64,000 nucleotides of DNA from Octopus sinensis (taxonomy: Eukaryota). The stretch is from positions 4,278,001-4,342,000 of the forward strand of contig NC_043010.1 in the NCBI RefSeq assembly GCF_006345805.1. The letters are read 5' to 3'. Each line of letters opens with the position of its first letter. Positions within the stretch are counted from its first letter, which is position 1. Below the pieces are notes generated by a model. The model saw only the letters and a program-made list of their open reading frames with translations, ran no database searches and was not told the DNA's origin. Positions 41,201-54,567 of the stretch are shown one piece after another. The position numbers were made by a program, and so were the translations under genes.

Positions 41201-41526
41201 AGTTAATTCATGTGGTCATAGTGAATTTGTAGTAATTTATTGTTTAATGTGTATCAAATTAGGATTGTATTTATCTCTCCCTGATTATCTATTTACTATG
41301 CCAAATACCACCATGATGCATCATGTGTGCATGTGTACATATGGTGTTTAATGGAGCAGGGATTACGTCCTTCTGGTGCAGCCTTTCAGCTTATGTTAGT
41401 GTGAGTTCATTGTTTGATGAGCCGTCATTCCCCATGATAAATCACCTGCAAATCATGACAATTTATTCAACATATGCACAAATTGTTCACGTGTGTACAG
41501 TTATGTACATCGGTAAGACAGATTTA

Positions 41527-41780
41527 GACCATCTTTCGGTACAAGTACCATGGCTGCCATGTGTGTTTGTTTACATTTGAAGAAGAAGATCGTCACTCTC
41601 CGCAAAGTTTTTTTCTTTTTATATATGGGGGATTAGGATTAGGGTTAGAGTTAGGGTTAGGGCTTGTGTTAGGGTTAGGGTTACGGGTGGGAGAAAAGGG
41701 TTTCTTTTTTCTTCAGAAATGTAAACAAACCCACGTGGGTTTATAATTGACAGTTATGGTACTTGTACTGTAAGATCGCC
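41527..41780. mobile_element. MITE with internal degenerate (TTAGGG)n
   Basis: TIR core ATCTTTCGGTACAAGTACCAT / ATGGTACTTGTACTGTAAGAT. Telomere-like units at ~41630-41685. Confidence 0.8.
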
Positions 41781-41952
41781 CAGATTTACATTTATTTTGC
41801 ATCAGTACTTGAAACTTTGTAAACTAGCTTCCATTTTGAAGAATTTCTTAGTCCAAAATACAGTTGGTTGCACTTCTGAAACTGCATCCATTTTGGGTTA
41901 ATTGTCCATTGTTTCTGATTACTTCATTATGCCTCAGTATTTGTGATCTTAT

Positions 41953-42373
41953 TCTTTTACTCTTTTACTTGTTTCAGTCATTTGACTGTGGCCATGCTGG
42001 GGCATCGCCTTTAGCCGAACGAATCGACCCCAGGACTTATTCTTTGTAAGCCTAGTACTTATTTATTGATCTCTTTTGCCAAACCACTAAGTTACGGGGA
42101 CGTGAACACACCAACATCGGTTGTCAAGTGATGGTGGGGGCGACAAACACAGACAAACAGGCACACACACATACACACAAACACACATACACACACACAC
42201 ATAGATATATGACAGGCTTCTTTCAGTTTCTGTCTACCAAATCCACTCACAAGGCTTTGGTCGGCCTGAGGCTATAGCAGAAGACACTTGCCCAAGGTGC
42301 CACGCAGTCGGACTGAACCCGGAGCCATGTGGTTGGTAAGCAAGCTACTTACCACACAGCCACTCCTACACCT
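41953..42373 (-). mobile_element. Family A SINE
   Basis: Reverse-complement match to family A. Confidence 0.88.
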
Positions 42374-42690
42374 ATATATTAACTAAACAACTATAGCTAA
42401 CCTTGATATAATTCCTGTTGAAGGTTTTGCGATATCTATGAGAAAGTGTTAGTTTACAAGAGTTGAAAAGTATCTGACAATAATTATGGTTACATTCACA
42501 TTAAATAGTGGATTCAGTCATGCAATTTTTCTGTTTTTATATCTGCTTGTTTGAATGGATACCATTGGGTCTATATAACTTATATTTTTTATTGCAAGTG
42601 CATTCTTTTGGTATATTATTCTATCATAGAATGGCCTTATCAAATATACTCTTAACTGCTGATGTTGCTTGTGACATGTTTAACAAGTTA

Positions 42691-43083
42691 CTAGCAGTAT
42701 CGCCCGGCGTTGCTCGGGTTTGTTTTTGACCCTTTAGAATTGGAATTTTTGAATAGTTAAAATTTTGCATTATGTAGCTTGTTATTCTCTTTAACTGAAC
42801 ATTTTTCTGGTTGAAATACACCGAAAAATGGCGACACAGCAGTCAAAAAGTCATAAAAAATAGGAATTTTCATAGAAAAAAAGCACCTTTTTGATGTAAA
42901 TAATTTTTGGTGTTAACATGGTCCGATTTGAAATTTTTCTTCTACAGAAGGAAGAGCAAGCCTTCTACTATCATGCTCTAAATTTTGGTCAACTTGCGCT
43001 GCAGGGTCTCAGAGGCGATAGTGTTTGTTGAAGGCTACCAAACCTGCCATACACAGACAACTTCAGCTTTAGATATATACAGA
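42691..43083 (-). mobile_element. Non-autonomous Helitron-like element (inverted copy of 40109-40500)
   Basis: A|CTAGCAGTATCGCCCGGCGTTGCTCGGG end and colinear similarity over ~390 bp. Confidence 0.85.
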
Positions 43084-43276
43084 TATAAGGTAATTAAGTC
43101 TTTGTTTATATAAGCAATATTGTCATTTGGCTTATGACACAAGTAGCGTTTGAAGAAGTGGAGAATTATTGCAATATTTAGATAATTAATATTAGATTAG
43201 CTTGTCAGTTTAAGATTTAATTTGTTAAGCACCCCAATAACTTCTTTTTATTTCTATCTGTATCTTGTGCATTTCT

Positions 43277-43678
43277 ACTCTTTACTCTTTTACTCTTTTA
43301 CTTGTTTCAGTCACCCGACTGCAGCCATGCTGGAGCACCGCCCCCAGTCAAGCAAATCGACCCCGGGACTCACACTTTGTAAGCCCAGCACTTATTCTAT
43401 CGTTCTCCCTTGCCGAACCGCTAAGTGACAGGGACGTAAATACACCCGCATCGGTTGTCAAGCAATGCTAGGGGAACAAACACAGACACACAAACATATA
43501 CATATACATATATACGACAGGCTTCTTTCAGTTTCCGTCTACCAAATCCACTCACAAGGCATTGGTCGGCCCGGGGCTATAGCAGAAGACACTTGCCCAA
43601 GATGCTATGCAGTGGGACTGAACCCGGAACCATGTGGTTGGTTAGCAAGCTACTTACCACACAGCCACTCCTGCGCCT
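43277..43678 (-). mobile_element. Family A SINE
   Basis: Reverse-complement match to family A. Confidence 0.88.
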
Positions 43679-44196
43679 AATACTATGTATTACTCTTAAT
43701 CCATCATATTTAAATATTCTCTCTCAGCTCCTTCTTTGCTTCAGAGTGTGTGCAGTATATATATATATATGCATAGGCCCATGAGGTCATCTAACACTGC
43801 AGAAGATACCTCACCATGTGTTCAAACCCAGTTAGCGTCATCGTAAAATCAACAATTTCCTGGTGTTCATGGTTGCTCCAATGTCTAATGACTCTTAAAT
43901 TAGCCAAGGATTTTGGATTGAAGTTTTTTGTTTTATCCATGGGTCCATTTTATTTATGGGTCCATTTTAACTCATGTGAAAGTTACCTCCCTTAATTTAC
44001 TTTGCCATCATACCTGAGTAACAGGTGTAGTGTGAACCAATCAGAAGAATATGTGCTGTCCACCATCTCGGTTGCATACACATACAAAACAAATAAAGTA
44101 CTGGGATCGATTCATTCTACTAAAATGCATTAAGGTGGTGCCCTAGCATGGCAGCAGTCTAATGACTGGAACAAGTAAAAGAGTAAAAGAAATGTA

Positions 44197-44601
44197 TAGG
44201 AGTGGCTGTGTGGTAAGTAGCTTGTTTACCAACCACATGGTTCCGTGTTCAGTCCCACTGCGTGGCATCTTGGGCAAGTGTCTTCTACTATAGCCTCGGG
44301 CCGACCAATGCCTTGTGAGTGGATTTGGTAGACGGAAACTGAAAGAAGCCCGTCGTATATATGTATATATATATGTGTGGGTGTGTTTGTGTGTCTGTGT
44401 TTGTCCCCCCTAGCATTGCTTGACAACCGATGCTGGTGTGTTTACGTCGCCGTTACTTAGTGGTACGGCAAAAGAAACCGATAGAATAAGTACTGGGCTT
44501 ACAAAAAGAATAAGTCCCGGGTCGAGTTGCTCGACTAAAGGCGGTGCTCCAGCATGGCCGCAGTCAAATGACTGAAGCAAGTAAAAGAGTAAAAAGAGTA
44601 A
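44197..44601 (+). mobile_element. Family A SINE
   Basis: Full-length match to 21958-22370. Confidence 0.9.
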
Positions 44602-44878
44602 AGAGCATCAACACACACACACACACATACACAGCCATGCACACACACACTGGTATATGCTGAGTGTTCCTCCTCCCCCTCCACAAATCCCGGACTTTCT
44701 CTCTTTGTTAGAAATTGCAATGGTGGTGGATTGGTAGAGTACCAAGAGGAATTTCTTCTGACTCATTACACTCTAAGTTCAAATCCCATCAGCGTCAACT
44801 TTGCCCATCTTCCTTGCAGGGCCAATGAAACACAGTGCCAGTTAAGTACTCAGATCAAAGGTATTGACCAATAGCAGT

Positions 44879-45111
44879 AAGGCGGCTAACTGGGAGAAGC
44901 GTTAGCACGCCGGGCGAAATGCGTAGCCGTATTCGTCTGCTGTTACGTTGTGAGTTCAAATTCCGCCGAGGTCGACTTTACCTTTCATCCTTTCGGGATC
45001 GATAAATTAAGTACCAGTTACGCACTGGGGTCGATGTAATCGACTTAATACCTATGTCTGTCGTTGTTTGTCCCCTCTGTGTTGAGCTCCCCCTGTGGGC
45101 AATAAAGAAAT
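44879..45111 (+). mobile_element. Family B SINE; 15-bp TSD
   Basis: TSD AGGTATTGACCAATA at 44859 and 45112. Confidence 0.9.
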
Positions 45112-45159
45112 AGGTATTGACCAATACTTCACCACAAAATCACCAAAACCTGAAACCAC

Positions 45160-45432
45160 TGTTATTATTATTATTATTATTATATTATTATTATTGAGTG
45201 ACAGAGCAGTGCATGCCATCAAAGTGACACTGGGGTACAAATATACAAAGCCCAGTATACTCATCACGACTACCCATCTGATAAGGGTACACCAGATACA
45301 CGCATCACAACGATATGTGTGTGACATGGTGATCTCATATCAAGATAAACAGCGCATGACCTTGCAGGTGGGGCCCAGTTAGAATTTTCTTCTGGTTGAG
45401 TAGCCCATCCTGCTCAAAAGGTCCCTGAATAT
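45160..45432 (-). mobile_element. LINE-like 3' end with (TAA)n tail; clade uncertain (possibly CRE-like)
   Basis: GC-balanced block embedded in (ATT)n with a tail-like junction. Confidence 0.4.
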
Positions 45433-45463
45433 TATTATTATTATTATTATATTATTATTATGA

Positions 45464-45525
<62 letters not shown>

Positions 45526-47724
45526 TATATTATTGTCATATATTTACATATTCCTTTATTTTGTATAATATCTTTAATTTATTTTTAACCTGTTTCAATC
45601 ATTGAGCTGTGGTCATACCGAGGTGCTGCCTTGAAGGGTCTTAGTCAAACGGTTCCATCCTAGTACTTATTCTTTTACTCCCTTTGGGTGGACTGCAAAG
45701 TTACAGGGATGTAAACAAAACAACAACGGCTGTCTATTGTTAGGGGTGATGGACAGAGACACAAAGGCACACACATGTACATATCTCAAACTTCCATACT
45801 GTTCTGGTAGACCAGATTCACTGATAAGGTATTGGTCAGCTGAAGACTTAAGTAGAAGGCACTTGCCCAAGGTGTTGTATAGTAGGACTGAACCCGAAAG
45901 CACATGGTTGCAAAGCAAGCTTCTTAACCACACAGCCATGCCTTGCACACACACACATGCATGAACACACACACGCATGCACACACACACACACGTTTCA
46001 TGGTTGTTCTTACTCTTACTCTCTTTCTCTTTTACTTGTTTCAGTCATTTGACTGCGGCCATGCTGGAGCACCGCCTTTTTTAATCGAGCAACTCGACCC
46101 CAGGACTTATTCTTTTGTAAGCCCAGTACTTATTCTATCGGTCTCTTTTTGCCGAACTGCTAAGTAACGGGGGACATAAACACACCAGCATCGGTTGTCA
46201 AACAATGCTAGGGGGACAAACACAGACACACAGACACACACATGCATCTTGTTGTGTATTGATTAATTCTTTAATCAACTAAATAAATAACGACCCGTTG
46301 GGGTGTGTGTCTTTTATTACTGTACATAGTTGATGAGACACCATTCATTGAAAATCTATGTTGATCCTTTCACAAGCATATATGCACATATGCAGGTGTA
46401 TGCATGTTTGAGCTGTGTGTCTAGCCGTCTTACTAGATACCAGGTACTCTACGCATACACACATGCATATGCTGCACACTCATACACATGCAAAAGACAA
46501 ATCTTGTAACTTGTTGGTGCGTCAAATCATGTAAGCACATGGATAAGATTTCGACATTGTTTGCTGATATTTCATGTTTATATAAAGAATGTTAACAATG
46601 CGCACACAGAGACACACGTGTGTGTGTGTGCGTGTGTGTGTGTGCATGTGTGTGTGTGTGTGCATGTGTGTGTGTGTGTGCATGTGTGTGTGTGTGTGCA
46701 TGCATGTGTGTGTGTGTATACTCACATATACATATATCATCATCATCGAATGGACCTTACATCACCCATTAAATTATCCATTAAATAGATTATCCATTAA
46801 ATCATCCATTAAATTATATGTTAAAAGGCTAAGCAGATAATCCCATACAGAATGATTTCAGGCTCTGTAATGAATACGTAGCCATCATCAGTGAGATTCA
46901 TAGTATTAGTACATATATGTGAATATATATACATATACACACATTCACACATCTATACATAAGGCCAATCATTCGCCCATTTATATATAAACTAATTAAA
47001 GTATAAAATATTATAGATTTATTACAGCTGATCTAACTAATTGGTTTTACACTGGGTACTAAAACTGGATGTAAGATCACAAAATGGTCAACTAGTACCA
47101 CATGCTCTTCATTGAGAACTTTAATAAACCTGCTCTATTGACATATATATGAGGGCATCCTTTTCCTAAATTATGGGGTTTTAAATGACTATATAAATAT
47201 TCCACCCATGCCAGCATGGAAGGCAGATGTTAAATGATGATGATGATGATGTATGTATGTATGTATGTATGTATGTATGTATGTATGTATATATGTCTCT
47301 CTCTCCCTCTCTCTCTATTTCTCTTTCTGTCTCTGTCTGTCTGTCTGTGTGTGTGTGTGTCTCTCCCTCACTCTGTGTCTCTGTCTCTTTCTCTCTCTCT
47401 CTATCTTTCTCTGTATACATGTGTGTATGTATTTATATATAAATGTAGTTATATATACATAAATATATATATATAAAGAGAGAAAGAGTGAGTGGGCAGA
47501 GGGGAGGCATGAGAGATTGCTTAGAAGATATCTAATTACCCCCATCTCATGTACAATTCATTAACATAAGGTGACCATTGGATACATAATGCAAATTACA
47601 TAATTAACATTTGCTGCTGTCAAATCAGGTGACATGTAATTATTAAATATAATACTATTGGAATGATAAGATGACAATAGTCACCATTGTGGAAATGTCT
47701 TGGGACTGTATATCCTCATCAATG

Positions 47725-47767
<43 letters not shown>

Positions 47768-47892
47768 TTTAACATGGACTTTTCCATGCTAGCATGAGTT
47801 TGACAGAATTCTTTAAGGCAAATAATCTATGACTAGAAACCCTTCTTGTTGCCAATCCTCACCTGTTTATAAGTAAGGTAATATTTTCCCCT

Positions 47893-48125
47893 GCGGCAAG
47901 CTGGCAGAAACGTTAGTTAGCACGCCGGACAAAATGCTTAGCAGTATTTCGTCTGCCGCTATGTTCTGAGTTCAAATTCCGCCGAGGTCGACTTTGCCTT
48001 TCATCCTTTCGGGGTCAATTAAATAAGTACCAGTTATGCACTGGGGTCGATATAATCGACTTAATCCGTTTGTCTGTCCTTGTTTGTCCCCTCTGTGTGT
48101 AGCCCCTTGTGGGTAGTAAAGAAAT
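47893..48125 (+). mobile_element. Family B SINE inserted in an RTE-tail-type repeat; 17-bp TSD
   Basis: TSD AGGTAATATTTYCCCCT at 47876 and 48126. Confidence 0.9.
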
Positions 48126-48525
48126 AGGTAATATTTCCCCCTAGCCAAACATGTTTTCACGGAAGATTGGAAATGAAGGACACTGTCTATATAAAAATAG
48201 GGCTCATTTACAACAGTAACACAATGTCAAGGCAAGGAAATGGTAATATGCATGCATGCACATGCACACACACACAAACACACTCACAAACACGCACATA
48301 CATGCATATATATATGCAGGTTATTTTTCAGTTTCCATCTATCAAATCCACTCACAAGGCCAGCCTGAGCTTTAGTAGAGAATACTCGTGCTAGGTGACA
48401 TAGTGTTGGAGTGAACCTGTGACCATGTGGTTAGGAAGCAAGTTACTTATCCATTCAGCCACACCTGTACGTGACTATACACACACACACACACATATAT
48501 ATATATATGGGGAGGTACAGGTGTG

Positions 48526-48561
<36 letters not shown>

Positions 48562-48563
<2 letters not shown>

Positions 48564-49083
48564 ATAAATCCTTGAGTATAGTCCGCCCTTGAGTATAATA
48601 CGCAGGGAATTTTTAGGGGGCAGTACCTCTAAAAACCTAAACCTTGTGTATAATATGCACCCCTTCTCTAACTTGAGTCGTGCGTAATGAAGCCAGCAGC
48701 ACCTAGTCGAACAAATACTTCCGTGCATGCGTAGTACAATAATGGTGATGTTTTTAACTGTTATATGGGAATGTAAATATGTTTGCAAATTGTTTTTGTT
48801 ATATGTTATTCTGTGTTCTGAATACTTTTATTTTAATAAATGTTGTTTCCTGCAAGTTATGGATGATTCTTTTATGACTTCATTGCTTTCAGGCTTAGCT
48901 TAAGCTATTTTCACGCCCGACACCACAAAATGCCTCTGAATAAACATTGCCGGACAGCAAACAGTGATTCGGTCAATGCTTAGAAAATATTTTTCATTTT
49001 TAACCTCGTATATATATACACAATAGGGATTTTGGCCTTTAAATTTTGGGAAAAAAAATGCGGATTATACTCAAGGATTTACA

Positions 49084-49084
<1 letters not shown>
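48562..49084. mobile_element. pogo/Tigger-like MITE
   Basis: 25-bp TIRs CCATAAATCCTTGAGTATAGTCCGC / GCGGATTATACTCAAGGATTTACAG, TA flanks within (TA)n, subterminal GTATAATACGCA-like repeats. Confidence 0.85.
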
Positions 49085-49144
<60 letters not shown>

Positions 49145-49191
49145 GATATATACATACATATATATATATACATAATATATATATATATTAC

Positions 49192-49222
<31 letters not shown>

Positions 49223-49268
49223 GTATATTATATATATATATATGTATATATATATATGTATGTATATA

Positions 49269-49312
<44 letters not shown>

Positions 49313-49405
49313 ATTATATATGTATGTATATATATATGTATATATATATAATATCTTATATATTATATATATATATATATATATATTACATATATATATA
49401 CATAC

Positions 49406-49438
<33 letters not shown>

Positions 49439-49445
49439 CATATAG

Positions 49446-49507
<62 letters not shown>

Positions 49508-49630
49508 TATATGGCATGTTTGGATATGTATGTATATGTGTGTGTGTGTGTATGTATAATATATATACATACACTATGTAGCATATGTACACACATTCAG
49601 ACACACACACGCACACACACACACATACAC
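49085..49630. repeat. Long (TA)n-rich microsatellite field
   Basis: Direct reading. Confidence 0.97.
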
Positions 49631-50252
49631 ACTAGCTGTGTAGACCATTGGTCCTATGGATTCTCTCCCTGTCCAGTCAGCCATGGTAAATTGCTAGTGT
49701 CCAAACGGCCATGTCCAATCACCACATTCCAATTCTTAACATTGGCAAAAGGTCAGTAATTTTAAGGAAGAGAGAGCAATCAATGAAATCTATGCCAGTA
49801 CTTGACTGGCGTTTACTCCATTGATTCCTGAAGAATGAAAGTGAAAGTTGACCACCAATTGGAATTTATTTTGGATTATATAGGAATGAAAGTAAATATC
49901 ATGGTTAATCTTGTTCAGTTTTTATATAAATCACTAGAATCTTGGTTTTTTACTTGGAGCAAATGAAGACACATTGGAGAAGTAAGAACAATTTAGTATG
50001 GCTTAGTATGGCAGGGAAGAAGGCAATTTCATTAGTGCTGGTGCAAGAAGAAAATGCACAGCGAATGAGTAGAAATAGTGTGAAATCAAGAGGAACCATC
50101 AATCTTGCAGAAGACTTGACAACATCTCTAGTGTTAATGCTATGATAAAACATCCAGTACACTCTGTAAAGTGGATGGTATTAGGGCCATAGGAACTCTG
50201 GAATGTATGAATCAAATATAGTCCTTTAACTCATTAAGGAAGGCTATAACTC

Positions 50253-50664
50253 AAGGTGGTGAGGTGGCAGAAACGTTAGCGTCCTGGGCGAAGTGCTTAG
50301 CAGTATTTTGTCTGCTGTTACGTTCTGAGTTCAAATTATGCCGAGGTCGACTTTGCCATTCATTTTTTCGGGGTCGATAAATTAAGTACCAGTTATGCAC
50401 TGGGGTCGATATAATCGACTTAATCCCTTTGTGTGTCCTTGTTTGTCCTGTGTTTAGCCCCTTGTGGGTAGTAAAGAAATAGGTATTTTGTCTGCTGTTA
50501 CGTTCTGAGTTCAAATTCTGCCAAGGTCGACTTTGCCTTTCATCCTTTCGGGGGTCGATAAATTAAGTACCAGTTATGCACTGGAGTCGAGGTAATCTAC
50601 TTAATCCCTTTGTTTGTCCTTGTTTGTCCCCTCTATGTTTAGCCCCTTGTGGGCAATAAAAAAA
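50253..50664 (+). mobile_element. Family B SINE dimer
   Basis: Internal junction AAATAGGTATTTTGTCTG at ~50478. Outer TSD TAAGGAAGGCWATAACTC at 50235 and 50665. Confidence 0.88.
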
Positions 50665-51073
50665 TAAGGAAGGCAATAACTCTGAAAAAAAAAACTGATT
50701 CATGACAACCAGCATGGAAAATGAACATAAATTGATGATGATGATGATGATGATGATAATGATGATGACAATGTTGATGATGATGCTGATTATCATGAAT
50801 TTACTGTTTGACGAACACTTAAATAATTGTCTTACTAGTCAATAAGTTGGCTGTTTCTCTTCATGCCTCATCACTAGAGATGCACCAATGCTGTTGCCTT
50901 TGCCAAAGTCATTTAAATTTGTCTCAGTTTCTTGGTCTATTTACCTATATTGGTTTCAGGTATAAGGTTCATCTCTGTAGATTAACTTTTACCAATATCA
51001 GCAACAAAAACAATTAAGTAACTAACTAATTCGAGGTTCATGAACTTGTAACACTGGGGTAACAAAAATACCT

Positions 51074-51304
51074 ATTTCTTTACTACCCACAAGGGGCTAA
51101 ACACAGAGAGGACAAACAAGGACAGACATAGGTATTAAGTCGATTACATCAACCCCAGTGCGTAACTGGTACTTAATTTATCGACCCCGAAAGGATGAAA
51201 GGCAAAGTCGACCTCGGCGGAATTTGAACTCAGAATGTAGCGGCAGATGAAATACCACTAAGCATTTCACCTGGGATGCTAAAGTTTCTGCCAGCTCGCC
51301 GCCT
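51074..51304 (-). mobile_element. Family B SINE
   Basis: TSD TAACARRAATACCT at 51060 and 51305. Confidence 0.9.
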
Positions 51305-51779
51305 TAACAGGAATACCTGTAATATCAAAGCCCTGAACTAAATGCATGGTAGCACTTAGCTACAGCTTTCTCACATCCAAGTTCAGACCCCATTAGAGTT
51401 AAATTTATTTATCGTAACATCCTGGATTGATGCTGTTAGTGATGTACTGTCGTCAATACAGCTCCCTATACCTAACCCCAATAAAAATTGGTTTTCGTGT
51501 TTATTCAAAATCGCTATTCTTTTAATCTTTTTATTGATTTCAGTCACTGGACTGCAATCACACTGGGACTCTGCCTCAAAGGGTTTTAGTTGATCGTATC
51601 AAACCTCAAATGCTTATCTCAGTCTAGTATTTATTTTATTGATTTCTAGCAAATGACTACAGCTACTTTTAATATAAAGGATGTAACTTGGGATATGTAT
51701 ATGTATATATATATATTATATATATGTTTGTATGTATGTATATATATATATATATATTATATATATGTTTGTATGTATG

Positions 51780-51810
<31 letters not shown>

Positions 51811-52057
51811 TTTTGTATGTATGTATGTTCGTGTGTGTGTATGTGTGTATGTATGTATGTGTGCATATATATGTATGTATGTGTATATATCATCATCATC
51901 ATCATCATCATTTAGCGTCCGTATATATATATATATATATATAGTATATATATATATCTACATATACACAATATATATGTATGTATGTGTGTGTGTATAT
52001 ATATATATACATATACACATATATACATGGATGTATGTACGTGTATGTTATATATAT

Positions 52058-52090
<33 letters not shown>

Positions 52091-52565
52091 CTATTGAATA
52101 TGAATTATACACACACTATTACCAACAAAACACACACACACAAATATTGTATTCTCTTATACTTTTCATCTTTTACTTGTTTGAGTCATTAGACTGTGAC
52201 CATGCTGGAGCACCACCTGGAAGATGCTTTAATCGAACAAATTACTACCAGAACTTATTTTTTTAAAGCCTGGTACTTATTCTATTTGTTCTTTAGCTGA
52301 ACTGCCAAGTAAAAGGAATGTAAACAAAGCAACACTGGATGTCAGTAAGGGGGGACAAAAACAGACACACATACACACACATATATGACTAGCTTCTTTT
52401 AGTTTCTACCAACCAGATTCATTTACAAGGCTTCAGATAATCTAGGGCTGCAGTAGAAGACACTTGCCCAAAATGCTATGCAATGAGACTGAACTTAGAA
52501 TCATGTGCTTGGGGAAGCAAGCTTCTTACCACACAGCCATGACTGCATCAATATGTATATAACCA

Positions 52566-52872
52566 CTGGGCAATGGCCCAGTGGTTAGGACAGCGGACTC
52601 GCAGTTGGAGGATCGTGGTTTTGATTCCCAGACTGGGCGTTGTGTGTATTTATTGAGCGAAAACACCTAAAGTTCCACAAGACCATGGCAGGGGGTGGTA
52701 GCAACCCCTGTTGTACTCTTTCGCCACAACTTTCTCTCAGTCTCTCTTCCTATTTCTTGTGTAACACTGCGATGGGCTGGCGTCCCGTCCAGCTGGGGGG
52801 GGGGCACATATGCCACAGAAACCGGGAAACCAGGCCCATGAGCCTGGCTAGGCTTGAAAAGGGTGACGTTTA
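52566..52872 (+). mobile_element. Family C head with a third tail
   Basis: Same head, then CTGCGATGGGCTGGCGTCCCGTCCAG. Confidence 0.75.
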
Positions 52873-52875
52873 TCG

Positions 52876-52955
<80 letters not shown>

Positions 52956-52965
52956 GATATTTAAA

Positions 52966-53305
52966 GGTAAAGGGTAAAGACCCCTTTCGGTCATGATTGA
53001 CCATGGGATTGCACCTATAAAGTTACTCTCCAAGGCACAAGTCCAGGCAAGGTTGTTTATGGAAGAACAGCAGTCACCCATGCATACCAGCCTTCCCTCT
53101 CCATGTGACCGATGTTATCCAAGGGAAAGGCAAAGGCATGCAACTTGGCACCAATGATGTTGCAATTCATTTCTGCAGCTGAGTGAACTGGAGCAACATA
53201 AAATAAAGTGTCTTGCTCAAGAACACAACACACAGCCCAGTCCAGGAATTGAACTCACTACCTTACGACTGTGAGCCCAACACTCTAACCACTGAGCCAA
53301 CTGCT
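52966..53305 (-). mobile_element. Family D CORE-like SINE
   Basis: tRNA head plus CTTGAGCAAGACACTTTATTT core. Head-deleted copy at 38790-39072 (+). Confidence 0.8.
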
Positions 53306-53585
53306 TCCAATATATATATACATATACTACATACACATTGATAGATAGATAAATTGGTAGATAGGTATTAATACTTGCTTTTATGTCAAGTTATATATAG
53401 AAACAATTTAACATTAAACTGAAGAATTACTCAGTACAGTTTTGCAGAGTACATGTTTATCGAACTTATACAAGAAGAGAGGAAAAAATTCGAAGTTTCC
53501 GCCTTCTAGCCTTTGATGGACTCTACCTTTTATGAAGACTAGCTGGTCGAGGCTTTGAAGTCACTTTCACTCTTCTTGTAAAAGT

Positions 53586-53620
<35 letters not shown>

Positions 53621-53843
53621 TAGTATACACATCATCATCATCATCATCATCATCGTTTAAGCGTCCGCTTTCCATGCTAGCATGGGTTGGACGGTTCAAC
53701 TGGGGTCTGGGAAGCCAGAAGGCTGCACCAGGCCCAGTCTGATTTGGCAATGTTTCTACGGCTGGATGCCCTTCCTAACAGCGAACCACTCCGTGAGTGT
53801 AGTGGGTGCTTTTTACGTGCATAGATATACATATCTATATAGA

Positions 53844-53888
<45 letters not shown>

Positions 53889-54303
53889 TAATATATACCT
53901 CCTTAAAGAACTTATATATCTATATATAAAATATGTACTTGTATAATATATATCTGTGTTATTATAGATATTAATATTTCTTTCAGCCATTTGCACGTAA
54001 TTTCACGTCAGCTGTTCCGTTGGCGGTCAGCTGCCAGCGTTTGGGGCAGTCTTTATATTAGATATATAGATATTAATCTATTCTACCTGAACTATATATA
54101 TATTAGTGTGGATATATATATATATATATTCTTACTTGATTCGTCATTGGCTGTGGCATGCTGGGGCACTGCTAATTGAGCATGTCAAGTCCAGGACAGT
54201 CTTTGCCGACTGCCATATACGGGGATGTAAACACCAGCATGGTTGTCAAAGTGATGTCGACACCACACACACACACAAACACACATGTATACAAATATAC
54301 ACT

Positions 54304-54345
<42 letters not shown>

Positions 54346-54506
54346 CCAGGCTTCTTTCAGTTTCTGTCTACCAAATCCGCAAGGCTTTGGTTGGCATCAG
54401 GCTATAGAAGAAAACACTTGCCCAAGGTGCCGCGTAGTGGGACTGAACCTGGAGTCATGTGGTCAGTGAGCAAGTTACTTACCACACACCCACTCCTATA
54501 TATACT

Positions 54507-54567
<61 letters not shown>

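Noticed and set aside
41630-41690. Telomere or chromosome-fusion relic
   Set aside because: Few degenerate units in one orientation, inside a TIR element.
43455-43784. Recurrent peptides such as EDTCPRCHAVGLNPEPCGW and LQLDALPNANHS
   Set aside because: Translations of SINE family A and family E copies.
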